Made by a program: the position numbers and the translations under genes. From Myxococcales bacterium (GTDB lineage Bacteria; Myxococcota_A; UBA9042), in the NCBI GenBank assembly GCA_037441385.1, contig JBBISH010000146.1, positions 1-14,125 of the forward strand: DNA of 14,125 nucleotides, in the 5' to 3' direction. This document shows, in pieces, positions 8,046-14,125 of the stretch; position 1 is the first letter of the stretch; every line of letters starts with the position of its first letter. A model generated the notes under the pieces. It made no database searches. It was not told the origin of the DNA and saw nothing but the letters and a program-made list of their open reading frames with translations.

Positions 8046-9704
8046 CTACGGACAAAAGCTCTGGGTCGCCGTGGTGGACTGGAACTGCACGCACAGCTTG
8101 GCATCCGTCTGTACCGGTACGGCCACGCCGCTGAACGTGTTGCCCAGCGCCGCGGAGCTGAGGTCCGCGGCCATGGTGGCCGGCATTTGCGGCGCGCCGT
8201 CGGCGTTGATGGCCACGCCGAATTGACCGCCCTGGAATTGCGCGCCCTTGACGTCGAAGCCTGCCAGGACCCCTTGGTCCGCCGCCGGATGGTGGGCGAT
8301 GATGTGGCTGCGGGCATTGTCGGCAAAGCGGGCCTGGTCCACGGTGAGCCGAGCGCCCAAGAACACGCCACAACCGTCGCCCAGGTCTACGGATTTGCCC
8401 AGCGGGTTTTGCCACGGCGTGGTCAAAGTTCTGGCCACCCGCGCCTTGTCGCGCACGGCCAACTGCGCGCCACTGACGCCGGCCAAGCCCATGAGCTTGT
8501 TGTCCGAAACGCGGCCCTCTTGACGCAGCTCCACGCTCGCGCCCGCGCCCATGCCCCAGATGCCGCCAAACTGATTGCCCGTGATGTCACTGCGGACGAT
8601 GGCTTGGACGTTGGCGGTCGCATTGACCAGCACGCCCGCCTGCGCATTGTTGGCGACAACCGCCCCCGGGCCCAAGACCAACTGCCCCAGCGTGGTGCCC
8701 GCGGTGCCGCTCTCGACCATCGCGATGCCGCTCGCTGCCTCGGTCGCCGACGCGCCGGTGGCCCTTTGTGTGTCGGAAATCAGCGAGTTGTCTACGTTGA
8801 TCACGTACGATGCCTGGCCTGCGCCAAAGGTCGCCAGGCCAGACTGGCCGTTGCCCTGGATTGCGGTGCCAAAGATGGTCACCAAGAAGTCCGGGAAGAC
8901 GCCCATGCCGTCCGTTGGTTTGAAGTCCGGGAACACCGCCGCCACGCCGCCTTGCTTGTTGTTGCTGATGATGCTGGCGGGCAAGAAGTCCGGGAAGACG
9001 CCCGCGACCGGTCCCAATGCGTCGGGTTCTTTGGCGGCGGCCGCCCGCGGCCCTTTGCTTCCCGCATCGCGGATGTACACCACGCGTGCACCGTAGGCCA
9101 GGATGCCGTAGCCCTCGTTGTCGTGGATCTTGGCGGTCAGCACCACCAGGCTGGGGCAGTGGGAGTCGTGGGGCGCCTTGGCGCAGCCCACCAACACGAT
9201 GCCCGAGCCGCCCTCGAAGCTGGGCGGGGTGCGAAGCGTGCCGCCGATGTCGCCGCCGTACACGCCCAAGCTGGCGCCCTCGCTGCGAATGGCGGCCGTG
9301 CTGGCGCCGCTGATGTCGACGTTGCGTACCTCGACGTAGCCGCTGGTCGCCGCGGTGTGGACGCCCATCTTGCCCGGCGGTGGGGTCAGCTTGGTCTGGC
9401 CCTTGATGCCGACCAGGGTGACGCCGGCCGGCAGTTCCACGCTCTCGGCCCAGGTGCCGGCGCCGACCACGATGGTGGTGCCGCTGGTGGCGGCCTTGGC
9501 GGCGGCGGTGATGCTGGTGTACGGCGATTCGCGACTGCCGTCGGCGCCGTCTGCGCTGCCGCACTTGCCCACAAACAGGGCCGCGCCGGTTGGAATGGCC
9601 CAGACTTCCGCGTCGCATGCCCCGCCGCCGCCGCAAGCGGGGGTCAGCGCCAACGCGATCGCCGCGATCAAGAACTTGAACCAAGGGGATTGCAGGACTT
9701 GCAT
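8046..9704 (-). CDS. Putative lipoprotein with DUF1565-like N-terminus and right-handed parallel beta-helix repeats
   Basis: ATG at 9704, 1 nt after the upstream stop, with GAGG RBS; hydrophobic signal ending ALALTPAC (non-canonical lipobox); motif DGSRESPYTSITAAAKAATSGTTIVVGAGTWAE; beta-helix-type repeats IHDNEGYGI, IQGNGQSGL, VANNAQAGV, ITGNQFGGI, VSDNKLMGL. Confidence 0.75.
   Translation of the reverse strand: MQVLQSPWFKFLIAAIALALTPACGGGGACDAEVWAIPTGAALFVGKCGSADGADGSRESPYTSITAAAKAATSGTTIVVGAGTWAESVELPAGVTLVGIKGQTKLTPPPGKMGVHTAATSGYVEVRNVDISGASTAAIRSEGASLGVYGGDIGGTLRTPPSFEGGSGIVLVGCAKAPHDSHCPSLVVLTAKIHDNEGYGILAYGARVVYIRDAGSKGPRAAAAKEPDALGPVAGVFPDFLPASIISNNKQGGVAAVFPDFKPTDGMGVFPDFLVTIFGTAIQGNGQSGLATFGAGQASYVINVDNSLISDTQRATGASATEAASGIAMVESGTAGTTLGQLVLGPGAVVANNAQAGVLVNATANVQAIVRSDITGNQFGGIWGMGAGASVELRQEGRVSDNKLMGLAGVSGAQLAVRDKARVARTLTTPWQNPLGKSVDLGDGCGVFLGARLTVDQARFADNARSHIIAHHPAADQGVLAGFDVKGAQFQGGQFGVAINADGAPQMPATMAADLSSAALGNTFSGVAVPVQTDAKLCVQFQSTTATQSFCP
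8883..9003. repeat. Exact 22-bp direct repeat plus a partial third copy, encoding a triple (G/A)VFPDF motif
   Basis: caagaagtccgggaagacgccc at 8883-8904 and 8982-9003; partial copy gaagtccgggaacac at 8922-8936. Confidence 0.85.
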
Positions 9705-9705
9705 G

Positions 9706-12700
9706 CTACCTCGCCGCGCGCAGTTGTGCGGCCCGCGCAATGGTTTGCAGGGCTTCTGTGGCCGACCGCTTGACGTCCGCGCTTTGCAGGGCGTCGGCCA
9801 GATGCAGGGCTTCGTTCGCCGCCGCAGCGGCGCCGTCGGTGTCGTTGCGCCCCAAACGAGCCAGGGCCTGCAGGCGCAACATCTCGGGCAAGTGCTGACT
9901 ATGCGTGCGTCTTGCCAGCTGCTCTGCGCGGTCCAGGTACTCCAGCGCCTGGTCGTAGTTGGCTTGGTCCAGAAACACGTGGCCCAAGTTGGTCAACGCG
10001 GCCACCTCGCCCGGTACGTGGCCAAAACGCCGGCAGATGTCCAGGGCTTGGCTGGTGTGGCGGCACGCCGCGTCGTAGTCGCCCGACTCCAGGTCGGCGT
10101 GGCCTTGCGCCAAGGTGGCCAGCGCCGCGCCCATCGGGTCATTCGCGGTCTGCATGTGCTCTTTGGCGTGGGCATAGTGGTCGGCAGCTTCGGCAAAGCG
10201 TCGCTGAACCACGGCGATGTGGCCCAGCGTGCCATGGAGGCTGCCCAAAGCGCGCTCGCGGTCCAGACTGGGCGCCAGCGCCTGGGCATTCTGCAGGGCC
10301 ATCCAGGCGGCCTCCGCGGCCTCGCCGTGGTGGCCCAATCGGAAGCGGGTCATCGCTCGACGGGCGGCCGCGTACAGGCCAATTCCCATCTGTTCACCGG
10401 CTTGCATGGCCTGCGCATACAGGCTGCAGGCTTGGTCAAAGCGAGCACGCGCCACCAGCGTGTCGCCCTGCACGGTCAGGGTGCGCGCCAGCGCCGCCAG
10501 GAATTGCCCGGGATTCTGGGTGCACAGGGCCTGCAGGGCCGCGGTGCTCTGCTCCACGGTGTCGTAGTCGGCCAGTGCTGCGGCCAGCTCGGCAATGCCA
10601 ACTTGGGCGCCGACCCAAGCCGACTTGGCTGCCCAATCGTCGGGCGCCTCGGCGCGCCACTTTTCGCTCCACTGGGCCGCACCCAAATAGGCTTGGAGCG
10701 CCTCGCCGTTGTCAAAGGCGCGAGTCGCCTCGGCTGCCAGGCCGAGCAGGGCTTCGACCGCGACCTCGGGCCGGCCGCTTGCGACCGCGTGGTGCGCGCA
10801 CAGGGCTGCGTATCCGCTTGGCTTGGCAGCGGTCCAACCCTGCAACCACGCCAGCGCCAGGGCGTGCATCTCGCGCCGTTGGGCCACGGGCACGCCCGCA
10901 GCGATCGATTCGCGCACGCTCTCTATACGGAGCAGCAAGTCGCGCTCGCCCACGAACGTCGAAGAGCGCGACTCGCCAATGAATTGGCTCTGTTTCAGCG
11001 GCTCCACGTCGCGCGCGGCCAAGTCTTGGCGCGTCATGGCTGCCACCAGCCCCCGCGGCGCGGTACTGCCAGCCAGCGCCAGGGCCTGAAGTATGCGTCG
11101 CGGACTGGGCGCCAATCGCGCCAACCGCGCCAAAACCAGACCGTCCAGACCGGCGCTTTGGGTCAGGTCGCCCTCGGCCCCGCTGTCCAGGCTGGCCTGC
11201 AACACCTGCTCCAGGTACAGCGGCAGGCCACCGGCAAAGGCGAGCATGTCCGCTTTGCGCTTGGCAGGTTGGTCGTGGCCGCCGGGCAGGCGGTCCAGCA
11301 GGTCGCGGGCGTCGGCGTCGTCCAGCGGGGCGACGTCGATGACCACGGTCCGCCCGGGCGGCACGCCCAGTTTGTCCAGGACGGCCTCGCTGCGCTCTGG
11401 ACGCAGGCAAAGGACCAGAGCGATCGGCTGATCGGCACACGCTTCGGCCAGGTGCGCCAGCAGCTCTAGGGTCGGCGTGCGCGCCCAGTGGGCGTCCTCG
11501 ACCACCATGAGCAGGGGACGCTCGTGGGCCAGTGCCTGTAGATAGGCAGAGCACGCGGCAAACGCCAGGCTGCGCTCTTGCTGGGTCGCCGGTTGCGGCG
11601 GGCTCTCGCCGCTCCGGCCCAGTCCAAGCAGGCGAAACAGAGCGGTGGCGTGGACTTGCGTGTCTTCTTGGCTGCCCTTGATCCCCACCAGCTCCATGCG
11701 CGCACGCATGGCTTGCGGGGTAGTCATGCCGTCGGCGTGCAGTCGCCCGGCCAGCATTTGCGCAAAGGGCTCGAAAGCCGGCGCCATGCCCTGCGGGCTG
11801 CAGCGGCCCACCTCGACCGCCCAAGGTGTCTCGCCCTGGACCAATTGCCGCGCCACCGCCCCAACGAGCCGCGACTTGCCCACGCCGGCGGGCCCCACTA
11901 CGGGGATGACGGTCAAGCGGCCCTGGCGCACGACTTTGCGGCAAGCGCCCAGCAGTTGCGCGACTTCGCTATCGCGGCCCAGCAGCGGGCTGTCGTCGCC
12001 GCCGCGAAGCAGCCGCGCCAACCCGCCAGCCTGGTCGGCACGCCGCGACACACGCAGAAGCTCGCCGTGGTGCTCGTGCGACTCGTACAGGCCGGCCACG
12101 GCTCGCCGCGCCGCTTCGCCCAGCCAAATTTCGCCGGCCTTGCCGTGTTCGCAGCCCGCTCTCGCTTGGTCGACCACGGGGCCGGTCACCAGCGCTGTAC
12201 CCCAGGCCGGTCCCGCCCCGCGGGTCCGAACCGCGCCGTGCGCCACGCCCACCGACCACGGCCCCTGCGCGGCCACAAGCAGCGCGGCGTCCACCGCCGA
12301 TTCGACCGCGCGCTGGTCGCCGTTGCCCAAGCCAAACGCCACCACCGCCTGCCGACCCAGTACGGCCCAGACGTGGCCGCCCTCGCGCTGCATGGCGACA
12401 CACAAAGCGTCCACGGCGTCGGCAGTTTGGCTTGCGTCGCCGCGGAATTGACCGGCCAACACCGTCGCGGGCGACCACTCGCCGCCCGACAAAAGCGCCG
12501 ACTCGCCGCGCCTTAGCGCAACCAAGCTGGCCCCGCAGGCGCCGCAGGTCGTGGTCGGTTGCGGTGCCACGTCCCCGCAGGTGCCACACTCGGCCAGCAA
12601 CCTGGCGCTCCCACAGCGACCGCAAAAGGCCCCGTTGCCCAAGAAGGGCAGTCCGCAGCCGGCGCAGTTGGGCTGTGTGCCGCTCGCGGCGGGTTCGTCC

Positions 12701-13659
12701 AAGCCCAAGGCGGTCTGCAGGGCGGCGACAAAGGCCAGGACGTCGGCAAAGCGGTCGGTGCGCTCTTTGGCCAGCGCCCGCGCTACGGTCGCCTCGACGG
12801 CTGCCGGGAAGCTGCGCCCACACGCCGACAGGGGCGGCGGCTCGTCGCCCAGATGGGCCATCAGGATGCCGACCGACGACTCGCGCTGAAAGGGCGTCTT
12901 GCCGGTCAGCAGCTCGTACAGCACCACCGCCAAAGCATACTGATCCGACCGCTCGTCCAGCTTCTCGCCGCGAACCTGCTCGGGCGACATGTAGGCCGGC
13001 GAGCCCATCACCGCGTCGGCGCGGGTCACCTCGTCGCGCAAGTCCTCGTACGAACGGGCGAGGCCAAAATCGCAAACTTTGACCTGCAGGTGGCCGCTGC
13101 TGCCTTGCTTGAGCAGGATGTTCGCTGGCTTCACGTCGCGGTGCACGATCCCAAGGGCGTGCGCCTCGGACAAACCCAGCGCGACCTGCCGAACCAGCGC
13201 GACCGCCTCGGCCGGCGGACACGGCCCCTTTTGCCGCATGAAGGCAGCCAGATTCTGCCCGGCCACGTACTCCATCACCAGATAGGGGCTGCCGCGCCGG
13301 TCGCCAACCCCGTGAATCGCCACCACGTTGGGGTGCACGACTCGGCTGAGGACCCGCGCCTCGCGCAAGAATCGCTCGCGGGCGTCCGCATGGCCGGCCA
13401 TCTCGCGGTGCATGAACTTGACCGCCACCCGCCGTTCGAGCAGCAGGTCGCGGCCCAGCATCACGGCGCCCATGCCACCGTCGCCCAGCGACCGCTCCAG
13501 AACGATCGAGCCATCGACGCGATCACCCGGACCCGGCAAGGGCTCGCTCTGCTTGCGGATTTCCCTGGCGACCGTGACGTCGACGGTGGGAGCTTCGGCA
13601 GCCAAGTCTGCCAGACTGGCCGGGGCAGCTGGTTGTGCCTCTGCTTGCGGGGCAGTCAT
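9706..13659 (-). CDS. Multidomain Ser/Thr protein kinase: Hanks kinase - double zinc ribbon - degenerate class III cyclase-like domain - AAA/STAND ATPase - TPR repeats
   Basis: Kinase motifs LGDGGMGAV, VAVK, HRDVKPAN, DFG, GSPAYMSPE, SDQYAL; four CxxC pairs (12532-12666); cyclase-like segment (~12081-12483); LLGRDSE, Walker A GPAGVGKS (11872-11895), Walker B LMVVEDAHW; C-terminal TPR-like helices (ALTNLGHVFLDQANYDQALEYLDRA). ATG at 13659 with GGAG RBS is preferred over TTG at 13674. Confidence 0.92.
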   Translation of the reverse strand: MTAPQAEAQPAAPASLADLAAEAPTVDVTVAREIRKQSEPLPGPGDRVDGSIVLERSLGDGGMGAVMLGRDLLLERRVAVKFMHREMAGHADARERFLREARVLSRVVHPNVVAIHGVGDRRGSPYLVMEYVAGQNLAAFMRQKGPCPPAEAVALVRQVALGLSEAHALGIVHRDVKPANILLKQGSSGHLQVKVCDFGLARSYEDLRDEVTRADAVMGSPAYMSPEQVRGEKLDERSDQYALAVVLYELLTGKTPFQRESSVGILMAHLGDEPPPLSACGRSFPAAVEATVARALAKERTDRFADVLAFVAALQTALGLDEPAASGTQPNCAGCGLPFLGNGAFCGRCGSARLLAECGTCGDVAPQPTTTCGACGASLVALRRGESALLSGGEWSPATVLAGQFRGDASQTADAVDALCVAMQREGGHVWAVLGRQAVVAFGLGNGDQRAVESAVDAALLVAAQGPWSVGVAHGAVRTRGAGPAWGTALVTGPVVDQARAGCEHGKAGEIWLGEAARRAVAGLYESHEHHGELLRVSRRADQAGGLARLLRGGDDSPLLGRDSEVAQLLGACRKVVRQGRLTVIPVVGPAGVGKSRLVGAVARQLVQGETPWAVEVGRCSPQGMAPAFEPFAQMLAGRLHADGMTTPQAMRARMELVGIKGSQEDTQVHATALFRLLGLGRSGESPPQPATQQERSLAFAACSAYLQALAHERPLLMVVEDAHWARTPTLELLAHLAEACADQPIALVLCLRPERSEAVLDKLGVPPGRTVVIDVAPLDDADARDLLDRLPGGHDQPAKRKADMLAFAGGLPLYLEQVLQASLDSGAEGDLTQSAGLDGLVLARLARLAPSPRRILQALALAGSTAPRGLVAAMTRQDLAARDVEPLKQSQFIGESRSSTFVGERDLLLRIESVRESIAAGVPVAQRREMHALALAWLQGWTAAKPSGYAALCAHHAVASGRPEVAVEALLGLAAEATRAFDNGEALQAYLGAAQWSEKWRAEAPDDWAAKSAWVGAQVGIAELAAALADYDTVEQSTAALQALCTQNPGQFLAALARTLTVQGDTLVARARFDQACSLYAQAMQAGEQMGIGLYAAARRAMTRFRLGHHGEAAEAAWMALQNAQALAPSLDRERALGSLHGTLGHIAVVQRRFAEAADHYAHAKEHMQTANDPMGAALATLAQGHADLESGDYDAACRHTSQALDICRRFGHVPGEVAALTNLGHVFLDQANYDQALEYLDRAEQLARRTHSQHLPEMLRLQALARLGRNDTDGAAAAANEALHLADALQSADVKRSATEALQTIARAAQLRAAR

Positions 13660-13798
13660 GGGGGGCGTCTCCAAGAAACAGCAGGCTGCAGCTCGGGCTG
13701 GGCCATGCGCGGCGTCCGTGCGTCACGGAAGCATCACGGGATTGTCGCAGGCCAGGCCCGATCTGGCAATTGCGGCACAAGGTATGCCGAATCCGCGT

Positions 13799-13982
13799 GA
13801 ATCGGACCGCACACTTGGGCGACTCCGGGGCCAACAACGCGCCCCTTTGGCAGCCTGTGCTTGATACGCACCCCACCTGATTCGCGCCTATACGCTTTTT
13901 CTGACCCGTTGCGCAACTGGCGAGAATCAGGCGGGGACTCCGGTTCGGGCCCGGAGAATTGCCCGAGTTTTCGATCCGATTC
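13799..13982. repeat. Nested imperfect inverted repeats forming a ~185-nt foldback
   Basis: Inner arms 13871-13888 (ccccacctgattcgcgcc) and 13919-13936 (ggcgagaatcaggcgggg) pair at 16/18. Outer arms 13799-13820 (gaatcggaccgcacacttgggc) and 13961-13982 (gcccgagttttcgatccgattc) pair at 18/22 and extend inward with gaps. Confidence 0.7.
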
Positions 13983-14070
13983 GGACGGAACTGGTATGAG
14001 AGGGTGTGTACAAAAATTTTGACAGATCGCCGGACCGTGCGAAACCACCGCCAGACGAGCGGAGGTCAAC

Positions 14071-14125
14071 ATGGGCAAGGCGTACACGCAGGAGCAAAGG
14101 CAGGCGGCCCTGGCCGCGGTCGATG
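14071..14125 (+). CDS. 3'-truncated CDS; N-terminus resembles a helix-turn-helix/transposase start (MGKAYTQEQRQAALAAVD)
   Basis: Strong RBS GGAGG at 14061-14065 and ATG at 14071; frame open to the window end. The Y-T-x-E-x-R-x-x-A pattern resembles IS transposase HTH N-termini. Only 18 codons are visible. Confidence 0.6.
   Translation, partial: MGKAYTQEQRQAALAAVD

Noticed and set aside
8883..9003. 22-bp direct repeats as a mini-CRISPR or insertion target duplication
   Set aside because: They are in frame within a continuous CDS, unevenly spaced and enclose no mobile gene; kept only as a coding-motif finding.
13829..13950. Foldback as a canonical integron attC site or retron msr-msd
   Set aside because: GGCCAAC and GTTCGGG do not fit the RYYYAAC/GTTRRRY boxes, and no integrase or reverse transcriptase is visible in the window, so neither can be supported.
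13523..14087. Small ORFs in the right intergenic region (13523-13876, 13635-13880, 13734-14087)
   Set aside because: No recognisable motifs or convincing RBS, and each overlaps the start of a better-supported gene.

Overview
High-GC bacterial window. The gene content (Cys-rich repeat protein, large Hanks kinase-STAND-TPR protein, beta-helix lipoprotein) suggests Myxococcota/deltaproteobacteria; this is inference. Left to right: (1) the 3' part of a Cys-rich repeat protein on + (5' end outside the window); (2) a complete minus-strand sulfate-uptake operon, yezD/oscA-like (DUF2292) - OprO/P-type porin - sbp - cysT - cysW - cysA, preceded by a near-consensus sigma70 promoter (TTGACA-N17-TAGATT) whose start region is covered by a 25-bp 8-9-8 palindrome resembling an Rrf2-family operator; (3) a hairpin-rich intergenic region with a 36-bp palindrome; (4) a tightly packed minus-strand trio: Ser/Thr kinase-zinc ribbon-degenerate cyclase-AAA/STAND-TPR protein, DUF1565-like beta-helix lipoprotein with a triple VFPDF motif, and a 2H phosphoesterase (ThpR/LigT); (5) a ~390-bp divergent intergenic region with nested inverted repeats and seven GANTC sites, then the first 18 codons of a + strand gene that looks like an HTH/transposase N-terminus. 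All family calls come from motif recognition by eye; no searches were run.
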